Below are positions 28,991-43,600 of a stretch of DNA of 64,000 nt, piece after piece. Position numbers and translations under genes: made by a program. The stretch spans positions 62,001 to 126,000 of the forward strand of contig OZ059894.1 of assembly GCA_964057225.1 (NCBI GenBank), in the 5' to 3' direction. The notes under the pieces were generated by a model. It was not told the DNA's origin and searched no databases. It worked only from the letters and a program-made list of their open reading frames with translations. The stretch is from Auanema rhodensis (Eukaryota; Animalia; Nematoda). Numbering within the stretch: the first letter of the stretch is position 1; each line of letters opens with the position of its first letter.

Positions 28991-31900
28991 GTTACCATGC
29001 ACCAATATCAATAAAAATTTGTTTTTAGACTAATATGGACATGGGGAATCTAATTTTGAAAACCGCATCTCTTTATCTTTCACGTGAAGCGAGTTACATA
29101 CCAAGTGCACATCACGTGTACATTTAATTAGCATAAATTAAAGTTCACGTAAATTTCAAAGTCATGGTTACCATGCACCAATATCAATAAAAATTTGTTT
29201 TTAGCTTAATATGGACATGGGGAATCTAATTTTGGAAACCGCATCTCTTTATCTTTCACGTGAAGCGAGTTACATACCAAGTGCACATCACGTGTACATT
29301 TAATTAGCATAAATTAAAGTTCACGTAAATTTCAAAGTCATGGTTACCATGCACCAATATCAATAAAAATTTGTTTTTAGACTAATATGGACATGGGGAA
29401 TCTAATTTTGAAAACCGCATCTCTTTATCTTTCACGTGAAGCGAGTTACATACCAAGTGCACATCACGTGTACATTTAATTAGCATAAATTAAAGTTCAC
29501 GTAAATTTCAAAGTCATGGTTACCATGAACCAATATCAATAAAAATTTGTTTTTAGACTAATATGGACATGGGGAATCTAATTTTGCAAAAAACCGCATC
29601 TCTTTATCTTTCACGTGAAGCGAGTTACATACCAAGTGCACATCACGTGTACATTTAATTAGCATAAATTAAAGTTCACGTAAATTTCAAAGTCATGGTT
29701 ACCATGAACCAATATCAATAAAAATTTGTTTTTAGACTAATATGGACATGGGGAATCTAATTTTGAAAACCGCATCTCTTTATCTTTCACGTGAAGCGAG
29801 TTACATACCAAGTGCACATCACGTGTACATTTAATTAGCATAAATTAAAGTTCACGTAAATTTCAAAGTCATGGTTACCATGCACCAATATCAATAAAAA
29901 TTTGTTTTTAGACTAATATGGACATGGGGAATCTAATTTTGAAAACCGCATCTCTTTATCTTTCACGTGAAGCGAGTTACATACCAAGTGCACATCACGT
30001 GTACATTTAATTAGCATAAATTAAAGTTCACGTAAATTTCAAAGTCATGGTTACCATGAACCAATATCAATAAAAATTTGTTTTTAGACTAATATGGACA
30101 TGGGGAATCTAATTTTGAAAACCGCATCTCTTTATCTTTCACGTGAAGCGAGTTACATACCAAGTGCACATCACGTGTACATTTAATTAGCATAAATTAA
30201 AGTTCACGTAAATTTCAAAGTCATGGTTACCATGCACCAATATCAATAAAAATTTGTTTTTAGACTAATATGGACATGGGGAATCTAATTTTGAAAACCG
30301 CATCTCTTTATCTTTCACGTGAAGCGAGTTACATACCAAGTGCACATCACGTGTACATTTAATTAGCATAAATTAAAGTTCACGTAAATTTCAAAGTCAT
30401 GGTTACCATGAACCAATATCAATAAAAATTTGTTTTTAGACTAATATGGACATGGGGAATCTAATTTTGCAAAAAACCGCATCTCTTTATCTTTCACGTG
30501 AAGCGAGTTACATACCAAGTGCACATCACGTGTACATTTAATTAGCATAAATTAAAGTTCACGTAAATTTCAAAGTCATGGTTACCATGAACCAATATCA
30601 ATAAAAATTTGTTTTTAGACTAATATGGACATGGGGAATCTAATTTTGAAAACCGCATCTCTTTATCTTTTACGTGAAGCGAGTTACATACCAAGTGCAC
30701 ATCACGTGTACATTTAATTAGCATAAATTAAAGTTCACGTAAATTTCAAAGTCATGGTTACCATGAACCAATATCAATAAAAATTTGTTTTTAGACTAAT
30801 ATGGACATGGGGAATCTAATTTTGAAAACCGCATCTCTTCATCTTTCACGTGAAGCGAGTTACATACCAAGTGCACATCACGTGTACATTTAATTAGCAT
30901 AAATTAAAGTTCACGTAAATTTCAAAGTCATGGTTACCATGCACCAATATCAATAAAAATTTGTTTTTAGACTAATATGGACATGGGGAATCTAATTTTG
31001 AAAACCGCATCTCTTTATCTTTCACGTGAAGCGAGTTACATACCAAGTGCACATCACGTGTACATTTAATTAGCATAAATTAAAGTTCACGTAAATTTCA
31101 AAGTCATGGTTACCATGAACCAATATCAATAAAAATTTGTTTTTAGACTAATATGGACATGTGAAATCTAATTTTGAAAACCGCATCTCTTTATCTTTTA
31201 CGTGAAGCGAGTTACATACCAAGTGCACATCACGTGTACATTTAATTAGCATAAATTAAAGTTCACGTAAATTTCAAAGTCATGGTTACCATGCACCAAT
31301 ATCAATAAAAATTTGTTTTTAGACTAATATGGACATGGGGAATCTAATTTTGAAAACCGCATCTCTTCATCTTTCACGTGAAGCGAGTTACATACCAAGT
31401 GCACATCACGTGTACATTTAATTAGCATAAATTAAAGTTCACGTAAATTTCAAAGTCATGGTTACCATGCACCAATATCAATAAAAATTTGTTTTTAGAC
31501 TAATATGGACATGGGGAATCTAATTTTGCAAAAAACCGCATCTCTTTATCTTTCACGTGAAGCGAGTTACATACCAAGTGCACATCACGTGTACATTTAA
31601 TTAGCATAAATTAAAGTTCACGTAAATTTCAAAGTCATGGTTACCATGCACCAATATCAATAAAAATTTGTTTTTAGACTAATATGGACATGGGGAATCT
31701 AATTTTGAAAACCGCATCTCTTTATCTTTCACGTGAAGCGAGTTACATACCAAGTGCACATCACGTGTACATTTAATTAGCATAAATTAAAGTTCACGTA
31801 AATTTCAAAGTCATGGTTACCATGCACCAATATCAATAAAAATTTGTTTTTAGACTAATATGGACATGGGGAATCTAATTTTGAAAACCGCATCTCTTTA

Positions 31901-34640
31901 TCTTTCACGTGAAGCGAGTTACATACCAAGTGCACATCACGTGTACATTTAATTAGCATAAATTAAAGTTCACGTAAATTTCAAAGTCATGGTTACCATG
32001 CACCAATATCAATAAAAATTTGTTTTTAGCTTAATATGGACATGGGGAATCTAATTTTGGAAACCGCATCTCTTTATCTTTCACGTGAAGCGAGTTACAT
32101 ACCAAGTGCACATCACGTGTACATTTAATTAGCATAAATTAAAGTTCACGTAAATTTCAAAGTCATGGTTACCATGCACCAATATCAATAAAAATTTGTT
32201 TTTAGACTAATATGGACATGGGGAATCTAATTTTGAAAACCGCATCTCTTTATCTTTCACGTGAAGCGAGTTACATACCAAGTGCACATCACGTGTACAT
32301 TTAATTAGCATAAATTAAAGTTCACGTAAATTTCAAAGTCATGGTTACCATGAACCAATATCAATAAAAATTTGTTTTTAGACTAATATGGACATGGGGA
32401 ATCTAATTTTGCAAAAAACCGCATCTCTTTATCTTTCACGTGAAGCGAGTTACATACCAAGTGCACATCACGTGTACATTTAATTAGCATAAATTAAAGT
32501 TCACGTAAATTTCAAAGTCATGGTTACCATGAACCAATATCAATAAAAATTTGTTTTTAGACTAATATGGACATGGGGAATCTAATTTTGAAAACCGCAT
32601 CTCTTTATCTTTCACGTGAAGCGAGTTACATACCAAGTGCACATCACGTGTACATTTAATTAGCATAAATTAAAGTTCACGTAAATTTCAAAGTCATGGT
32701 TACCATGCACCAATATCAATAAAAATTTGTTTTTAGACTAATATGGACATGGGGAATCTAATTTTGAAAACCGCATCTCTTTATCTTTCACGTGAAGCGA
32801 GTTACATACCAAGTGCACATCACGTGTACATTTAATTAGCATAAATTAAAGTTCACGTAAATTTCAAAGTCATGGTTACCATGAACCAATATCAATAAAA
32901 ATTTGTTTTTAGACTAATATGGACATGGGGAATCTAATTTTGAAAACCGCATCTCTTTATCTTTCACGTGAAGCGAGTTACATACCAAGTGCACATCACG
33001 TGTACATTTAATTAGCATAAATTAAAGTTCACGTAAATTTCAAAGTCATGGTTACCATGCACCAATATCAATAAAAATTTGTTTTTAGACTAATATGGAC
33101 ATGGGGAATCTAATTTTGAAAACCGCATCTCTTTATCTTTCACGTGAAGCGAGTTACATACCAAGTGCACATCACGTGTACATTTAATTAGCATAAATTA
33201 AAGTTCACGTAAATTTCAAAGTCATGGTTACCATGAACCAATATCAATAAAAATTTGTTTTTAGACTAATATGGACATGGGGAATCTAATTTTGCAAAAA
33301 ACCGCATCTCTTTATCTTTCACGTGAAGCGAGTTACATACCAAGTGCACATCACGTGTACATTTAATTAGCATAAATTAAAGTTCACGTAAATTTCAAAG
33401 TCATGGTTACCATGAACCAATATCAATAAAAATTTGTTTTTAGACTAATATGGACATGGGGAATCTAATTTTGAAAACCGCATCTCTTTATCTTTTACGT
33501 GAAGCGAGTTACATACCAAGTGCACATCACGTGTACATTTAATTAGCATAAATTAAAGTTCACGTAAATTTCAAAGTCATGGTTACCATGAACCAATATC
33601 AATAAAAATTTGTTTTTAGACTAATATGGACATGGGGAATCTAATTTTGAAAACCGCATCTCTTCATCTTTCACGTGAAGCGAGTTACATACCAAGTGCA
33701 CATCACGTGTACATTTAATTAGCATAAATTAAAGTTCACGTAAATTTCAAAGTCATGGTTACCATGCACCAATATCAATAAAAATTTGTTTTTAGACTAA
33801 TATGGACATGGGGAATCTAATTTTGAAAACCGCATCTCTTTATCTTTCACGTGAAGCGAGTTACATACCAAGTGCACATCACGTGTACATTTAATTAGCA
33901 TAAATTAAAGTTCACGTAAATTTCAAAGTCATGGTTACCATGAACCAATATCAATAAAAATTTGTTTTTAGACTAATATGGACATGTGAAATCTAATTTT
34001 GAAAACCGCATCTCTTTATCTTTTACGTGAAGCGAGTTACATACCAAGTGCACATCACGTGTACATTTAATTAGCATAAATTAAAGTTCACGTAAATTTC
34101 AAAGTCATGGTTACCATGCACCAATATCAATAAAAATTTGTTTTTAGACTAATATGGACATGGGGAATCTAATTTTGAAAACCGCATCTCTTCATCTTTC
34201 ACGTGAAGCGAGTTACATACCAAGTGCACATCACGTGTACATTTAATTAGCATAAATTAAAGTTCACGTAAATTTCAAAGTCATGGTTACCATGCACCAA
34301 TATCAATAAAAATTTGTTTTTAGACTAATATGGACATGGGGAATCTAATTTTGCAAAAAACCGCATCTCTTTATCTTTCACGTGAAGCGAGTTACATACC
34401 AAGTGCACATCACGTGTACATTTAATTAGCATAAATTAAAGTTCACGTAAATTTCAAAGTCATGGTTACCATGCACCAATATCAATAAAAATTTGTTTTT
34501 AGACTAATATGGACATGGGGAATCTAATTTTGAAAACCGCATCTCTTTATCTTTCACGTGAAGCGAGTTACATACCAAGTGCACATCACGTGTACATTTA
34601 ATTAGCATAAATTAAAGTTCACGTAAATTTCAAAGTCATG
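28991..34640 (+). repeat. Local higher-order duplication, 2 x 16 monomers (2825 bp)
   Basis: +CAA insertions at 29587/32412, 30470/33295 and 31529/34354; TTAGCTTAAT at 29205/32030; ATGTGAAATC at 31161/33986. All are offset by 2825 = 16x176+9. Confidence 0.92.
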
Positions 34641-37600
34641 GTTACCATGAACCAATATCAATAAAAATTTGTTTTTAGACTAATATGGACATGTGAAATT
34701 TAATTTTGCAAAAAACCGCATCTCTTTATCTTTCACGTGAAGCGAGTTACATACCAAGTGCACATCACGTGTACATTTAATTAGCATAAATTAAAGTTCA
34801 CGTAAAATTCAAAGTCATGGTTACCATGCACCAATATCAATAAAAATTTGTTTTTAGACTAATATGGACATGGGGAATCTAATTTTGAAAACCGCATCTC
34901 TTTATCTTTCATGTGAAGCGAGTTACATACCAAGTGCACATCACGTGTACATTTAATTAGCATAAATTAAAGTTCACGTAAATTTCAAAGTCATGGTTAC
35001 CATGCACCAATATCAATAAAAATTTGTTTTCAGACTAATATGGACATGGGGAATCTAATTTTGAAAACCGCATCTCTTTATCTTTCACGTGAAGCGAGTT
35101 ACATACCAAGTGCACATCACGTGTACATTTAATTAGCATAAATTAAAGTTCACGTAAATTTCAAAGTCATGGTTACCATGCACCAATATCAATAAAAATT
35201 TGTTTTTAGACTAATATGGACATGGGGAATCTAATTTTGAAAACCGCATCTCTTTATCTTTCACGTGAAGCGAGTTACATACCAAGTGCACATCACGTGT
35301 ACATTTAATTAGCATAAACTAAAGTTCACGTAAATTCCAAAGTCATGGTTACCATGAACCAATATCAATAAAAATTTGTTTTTAGACTAATATGGACATG
35401 GGGAATCTAATTTTGAAAACCGCATCTCTTTATCTTTTACGTGAAGCGAGTTACATACCAAGTGCACATCACGTGTACATTTAATTAGCATAAATTAAAG
35501 TTCACGTAAATTTCAAAGTCATGGTTACCATGCACCAATATCAATAAAAATTTGTTTTTAGACTAATATGGACATGGGGAATCTAATTTTGAAAACCGCA
35601 TCTCTTTATCTTTTACGTGAAGCGAGTTACATACCAAGTGCACATCACGTGTACATTTAATTAGCATAAATTAAAGTTCACGTAAATTTCAAAGTCATGG
35701 TTACCATGAACCAATATCAATAAAAATTTGTTTTTAGACTAATATGGACATGGGGAATCTAATTTTGAAAACCGCATCTCTTCATCTTTCATGTGAAGCG
35801 AGTTACATACCAAGTGCACATCACGTGTACATTTAATTAGCATAAATTAAAGTTCACGTAAATTTCAAAGTCATGGTTACCATGAACCAATATCAATAAA
35901 AATTTGTTTTTAGACTAATATGGACATGGGGAATCTAATTTTGAAAACCGCATCTCTTCATCTTTCATGTGAAGCGAGTTACATACCAAGTGCACATCAC
36001 GTGTACATTTAATTAGCATAAATTAAAGTTCACGTAAATTTCAAAGTCATGGTTACCATGAACCAATATCAATAAAAATTTGTTTTTAGACTAATATGGA
36101 CATGGGGAATCTAATTTTGAAAACCGCATCTCTTTATCTTTTACGTGAAGCGAGTTACATACCAAGTGCACATCACGTGTACATTTAATTAGCATAAATT
36201 AAAGTTCACGTAAATTTCAAAGTCATGGTTACCATGAACCAATATCAATAAAAATTTGTTTTTAGACTAATATGGACATGGGGAATCTAATTTTGAAAAC
36301 CGCATCTCTTCATCTTTCATGTGAAGCGAGTTACATACCAAGTGCACATCACGTGTACATTTAATTAGCATAAATTAAAGTTCACGTAAATTTCAAAGTC
36401 ATGGTTACCATGAACCAATATCAATAAAAATTTGTTTTTAGACTAATATGGACATGGGGAATCTAATTTTGAAAACCGCATCTCTTTATCTTTCACGTGA
36501 AGCGAGTTACATACCAAGTGCACATCACGTGTACATTTAATTAGCATAAATTAAAGTTCACGTAAATTTCAAAGTCATGGTTACCATGCACCAATATCAA
36601 TAAAAATTTGTTTTTAGACTAATATGGACATGGGGAATCTAATTTTGAAAACCGCATCTCTTTATCTTTCACGTGAAGCGAGTTACATACCAAGTGCACA
36701 TCACGTGTACATTTAATTAGCATAAACTAAAGTTCACGTAAATTTCAAAGTCATGGTTACCATGAACCAATATCAATAAAAATTTGTTTTTAGACTAATA
36801 TGGACATGGGGAATCTAATTTTGAAAACCGCATCTCTTTATCTTTTACGTGAAGCGAGTTACATACCAAGTGCACATCACGTGTACATTTAATTAGCATA
36901 AATTAAAGTTCACGTAAATTTCAAAGTCATGGTTACCATGCACCAATATCAATAAAAATTTGTTTTTAGACTAATATGGACATGGGGAATCTAATTTTGA
37001 AAACCGCATCTCTTTATCTTTTACGTGAAGCGAGTTACATACCAAGTGCACATCACGTGTACATTTAATTAGCATAAATTAAAGTTCACGTAAATTTCAA
37101 AGTCATGGTTACCATGAACCAATATCAATAAAAATTTGTTTTTAGACTAATATGGACATGGGGAATCTAATTTTGAAAACCGCATCTCTTCATCTTTCAC
37201 GTGAAGCGAGTTACATACCAAGTGCACATCACGTGTACATTTAATTAGCATAAATTAAAGTTCACGTAAATTTCAAAGTCATGGTTACCATGCACCAATA
37301 TCAATAAAAATTTGTTTTTAGACTAATATGGACATGGGGAATCTAATTTTGCAAAAAACCGCATCTCTTTATCTTTCACGTGAAGCGAGTTACATACCAA
37401 GTGCACATCACGTGTACATTTAATTAGCATAAATTAAAGTTCACGTAAATTTCAAAGTCATGGTTACCATGCACCAATATCAATAAAAATTTGTTTTTAG
37501 ACTAATATGGACATGGGGAATCTAATTTTGAAAACCGCATCTCTTTATCTTTCACGTGAAGCGAGTTACATACCAAGTGCACATCACGTGTACATTTAAT

Positions 37601-40600
37601 TAGCATAAATTAAAGTTCACGTAAATTTCAAAGTCATGGTTACCATGAACCAATATCAATAAAAATTTGTTTTTAGACTAATATGGACATGGGGAATCTA
37701 ATTTTGAAAACCGCATCTCTTTATCTTTTACGTGAAGCGAGTTACATACCAAGTGCACATCACGTGTACATTTAATTAGCATAAATTAAAGTTCACGTAA
37801 ATTTCAAAGTCATGGTTACCATGCACCAATATCAATAAAAATTTGTTTTTAGACTAATATGGACATGGGGAATCTAATTTTGAAAACCGCATCTCTTTAT
37901 CTTTTACGTGAAGCGAGTTACATACCAAGTGCACATCACGTGTACATTTAATTAGCATAAATTAAAGTTCACGTAAATTTCAAAGTCATGGTTACCATGA
38001 ACCAATATCAATAAAAATTTGTTTTTAGACTAATATGGACATGGGGAATCTAATTTTGAAAACCGCATCTCTTCATCTTTCACGTGAAGCGAGTTACATA
38101 CCAAGTGCACATCACGTGTACATTTAATTAGCATAAATTAAAGTTCACGTAAATTTCAAAGTCATGGTTACCATGCACCAATATCAATAAAAATTTGTTT
38201 TTAGACTAATATGGACATGGGGAATCTAATTTTGCAAAAAACCGCATCTCTTTATCTTTCACGTGAAGCGAGTTACATACCAAGTGCACATCACGTGTAC
38301 ATTTAATTAGCATAAATTAAAGTTCACGTAAATTTCAAAGTCATGGTTACCATGCACCAATATCAATAAAAATTTGTTTTTAGACTAATATGGACATGGG
38401 GAATCTAATTTTGAAAACCGCATCTCTTTATCTTTCACGTGAAGCGAGTTACATACCAAGTGCACATCACGTGTACATTTAATTAGCATAAATTAAAGTT
38501 CACGTAAATTTCAAAGTCATGGTTACCATGAACCAATATCAATAAAAATTTGTTTTTAGACTAATATGGACATGTGAAATCTAATTTTGAAAACCGCATC
38601 TCTTTATCTTTCACGTGAAGCGAGTTACATACCAAGTGCACATCACGTGTACATTTAATTAGCATAAATTAAAGTTCACGTAAAATTCAAAGTCATGGTT
38701 ACCATGCACCAATATCAATAAAAATTTGTTTTTAGACTAATATGGACATGGGGAATCTAATTTTGAAAACCGCATCTCTTTATCTTTCATGTGAAGCGAG
38801 TTACATACCAAGTGCACATCACGTGTACATTTAATTAGCATAAATTAAAGTTCACGTAAATTTCAAAGTCATGGTTACCATGCACCAATATCAATAAAAA
38901 TTTGTTTTCAGACTAATATGGACATGGGGAATCTAATTTTGAAAACCGCATCTCTTTATCTTTCACGTGAAGCGAGTTACATACCAAGTGCACATCACGT
39001 GTACATTTAATTAGCATAAATTAAAGTTCACGTAAATTTCAAAGTCATGGTTACCATGCACCAATATCAATAAAAATTTGTTTTTAGACTAATATGGACA
39101 TGGGGAATCTAATTTTGAAAACCGCATCTCTTTATCTTTCACGTGAAGCGAGTTACATACCAAGTGCACATCACGTGTACATTTAATTAGCATAAACTAA
39201 AGTTCACGTAAATTTCAAAGTCATGGTTACCATGAACCAATATCAATAAAAATTTGTTTTTAGACTAATATGGACATGGGGAATCTAATTTTGAAAACCG
39301 CATCTCTTTATCTTTTACGTGAAGCGAGTTACATACCAAGTGCACATCACGTGTACATTTAATTAGCATAAATTAAAGTTCACGTAAATTTCAAAGTCAT
39401 GGTTACCATGCACCAATATCAATAAAAATTTGTTTTTAGACTAATATGGACATGGGGAATCTAATTTTGAAAACCGCATCTCTTTATCTTTTACGTGAAG
39501 CGAGTTACATACCAAGTGCACATCACGTGTACATTTAATTAGCATAAATTAAAGTTCACGTAAAATTCAAAGTCATGGTTACCATGCACCAATATCAATA
39601 AAAATTTGTTTTTAGACTAATATGGACATGGGGAATCTAATTTTGAAAACCGCATCTCTTTATCTTTCATGTGAAGCGAGTTACATACCAAGTGCACATC
39701 ACGTGTACATTTAATTAGCATAAATTAAAGTTCACGTAAAATTCAAAGTCATGGTTACCATGCACCAATATCAATAAAAATTTGTTTTTAGACTAATATG
39801 GACATGGGGAATCTAATTTTGAAAACCGCATCTCTTTATCTTTTACGTGAAGCGAGTTACATACCAAGTGCACATCACGTGTACATTTAATTAGCATAAA
39901 TTAAAGTTCACGTAAATTTCAAAGTCATGGTTACCATGCACCAATATCAATAAAAATTTGTTTTTAGACTAATATGGACATGGGGAATCTAATTTTGAAA
40001 ACCGCATCTCTTCATCTTTCACGTGAAGCGAGTTACATACCAAGTGCACATCACGTGTACATTTAATTAGCATAAATTAAAGTTCACGTAAATTTCAAAG
40101 TCATGGTTACCATGCACCAATATCAATAAAAATTTGTTTTTAGACTAATATGGACATGGGGAATCTAATTTTGAAAACCGCATCTCTTTATCTTTCACGA
40201 GAAGCGAGTTACATACCAAGTGCACATCACGTGTACATTTAATTAGCATAAATTAAAGTTCACGTAAATTTCAAAGTCATGGTTACCATGAACCAATATC
40301 AATAAAAATTTGTTTTTAGACTAATATGGACATGTGAAATCTAATTTTGAAAACCGCATCTCTTTATCTTTCACGTGAAGCGAGTTACATACCAAGTGCA
40401 CATCACGTGTACATTTAATTAGCATAAATTAAAGTTCACGTAAAATTCAAAGTCATGGTTACCATGCACCAATATCAATAAAAATTTGTTTTTAGACTAA
40501 TATGGACATGGGGAATCTAATTTTGAAAACCGCATCTCTTTATCTTTCATGTGAAGCGAGTTACATACCAAGTGCACATCACGTGTACATTTAATTAGCA

Positions 40601-43600
40601 TAAATTAAAGTTCACGTAAATTTCAAAGTCATGGTTACCATGCACCAATATCAATAAAAATTTGTTTTCAGACTAATATGGACATGGGGAATCTAATTTT
40701 GAAAACCGCATCTCTTTATCTTTCACGTGAAGCGAGTTACATACGAAGTGCACATCACGTGTACATTTAATTAGCATAAATTAAAGTTCACGTAAATTTC
40801 AAAGTCATGGTTACCATGAACCAATATCAATAAAAATTTGTTTTTAGACTAATATGGACATGGGGAATCTGATTTTGAAAACTGCATCTCTTTATCTTTC
40901 ACGTGAAGCGAGTTACATACCAAGTGCACATCACGTGTACATTTAATTAGCATAAATTAAAGTTCACGTAAAATTCAAAGTCATGGTTACCATGCACCAA
41001 TATCAATAAAAATTTGTTTTTAGACTAATATGGACATGGGGAATCTGATTTTGAAAACCGCATCTCTTTATCTTTCACGTGAAGCGAGTTACATACCAAG
41101 TGCACATCACGTGTACATTTAATTAGCATAAATTAAAGTTCACGTAAATTTCAAAGTCATGGTTACCATGCACCAATATCAATAAAAATTTGTTTTTAGA
41201 CTAATATGGACATGGGGAATCTAATTTTGAAAACCGCATCTCTTTATCTTTTACGTGAAGCGAGTTACATACCAAGTGCACATCACGTGTACATTAAATT
41301 AGCATAAATTAAAGTTCACGTAAAATTCAAAGTCATGGTTACCATGCACCAATATCAATAAAAATTTGTTTTTAGACTAATATGGACATGGGGAATCTAA
41401 TTTTGAAAACCGCATCTCTTTATCTTTTACGTGAAGCGAGTTACATACCAAGTGCACATCACGTGTACATTTAATTAGCATAAATTGAAGTTCACGTAAA
41501 TTTCAAAGTCATGGTTACCATGAACCAATATCAATAAAAATTTGTTTTTAGACTAATATGCACATGGGGAATCTGATTTTGAAAATCGCATCTCTTTATC
41601 TTTCACGTGAAGCGAGTTACATACCAAGTGCACATCACGTGTACATTTAATTAGCATAAATTAAAGTTCACGTAAAATTCAAAGTCATGGTTACCATGCA
41701 CCAATATCAATAAAAATTTGTTTTTAGACTAATATGGACATGGGGAATCTAATTTTGAAAACCGCATCTCTTTATCTTTCATGTGAAGCGAGTTACATAC
41801 CAAGTGCACATCACGTGTACATTTAATTAGCATAAATTAAAGTTCACGTAAATTTCAAAGTCATGGTTACCATGCACCAATATCAATAAAAATTTGTTTT
41901 CAGACTAATATGGACATGGGGAATCTTATTTTGAAAACCGCATCTCTTTATCTTTCACGTGAAGCGAGTTACATACCAAGTGCACATCACGTGTACATTT
42001 AATTAGCATAAATTAAAGTTCACGTAAATTTCAAAGTCATGGTTACCATGCACCAATATCAATAAAAATTTGTTTTTAGACTAATATGGACATGGGGAAT
42101 CTAATTTTGAAAACCGCATCTCTTTATCTTTTACGTGAAGCGAGTTACATACCAAGTGCACATCACGTGTACATTTAATTAGCATAAATTAAAGTTCACG
42201 TAAATTTCAAAGTCATGGTTACCATGAACCAATATCAATAAAAATTTGTTTTTAGACTAATATGGACATGGGGAATCTGATTTTGAAAACCGCATCTCTT
42301 TATCTTTTACGTGAAGCGAGTTACATACCGAGTGCACATCACGTGTACATTTAATTAGCATAAATTAAAGTTCACGTAAAATTCAAAGTCATGGTTACCA
42401 TGCACCAATATCAATAAAAATTTGTTTTTAGACTAATATGGACATGGGGAATCTAATTTTGAAAACCGCATCTCTTTATCTTTTACGTGAAGCGAGTTAC
42501 ATACCAAGTGCACATCACGTGTACATTTAATTAGCATAAATTAAAGTTCACGTAAATTTCAAAGTCATGGTTACCATGAACCAATATCAATAAAAATTTG
42601 TTTTTAGACTAATATGGACATGGGGAATCTGATTTTGAAAACCGCATCTCTTTATCTTTCACGTGAAGCGAGTTACATACCAAGTGCACATCACGTGTAC
42701 ATTTAATTAGCATAAATTAAAGTTCACGTAAAATTCAAAGTCATGGTTACCATGCACCAATATCAATAAAAATTTGTTTTTAGACTAATATGGACATGGG
42801 GAATCTGATTTTGAAAACCGCATCTCTTTATCTTTCACGTGAAGCGAGTTACATACCAAGTGCACATCACGTGTACATTTAATTAGCATAAATTAAAGTT
42901 CACGTAAAATTCAAAGTCATGGTTACCATGCACCAATATCAATAAAAATTTGTTTTTAGACTAATATGGACATGGGGAATCTAATTTTGAAAACTGCATC
43001 TCTTCATCTTTTACATGAAGCGAGTTACATACCAAGTGCACATCACGTGTACATTTAATTAGCATAAATTAAAGTTCACGTAAATTTCAAAGTCATGGTT
43101 ACCATGAACCAATATCAATGAAAATTTGTTTTTAGACTAATATGGACATGGGGAATCTAATTTTGGAAAACCGCATCTCTTTATCTTTTACGTGAAGCGA
43201 GTTACATACCAAGTGCACATCACGTGTACATTTAATTAGCATAAATTAAAGTTCACGTAAAATTCAAAGTCATGGTTACCATGCACCAATATCAATAAAA
43301 ATTTGTTTTTAGACTAATATGGACATGGGGAATCTAATTTTGAAAACCGCATCTCTTTATCTTTTACGTGAAGCGAGTTACATACCAAGTGCACATCACG
43401 TGTACATTTAATTAGCATAAATTAAAGTTCACGTAAGTTTCAAAGTCATGGTTACCATGAACCAATATCAATAAAAATTTGTTTTTAGACTAATATGGAC
43501 ATGGGGAATCTAATTTTGAAAACCGCATCTCTTTATCTTTCACGTGAAGCGAGTTACATACCAAGTGCACATCACGTGTACATTTAATTAGCATAAATTA

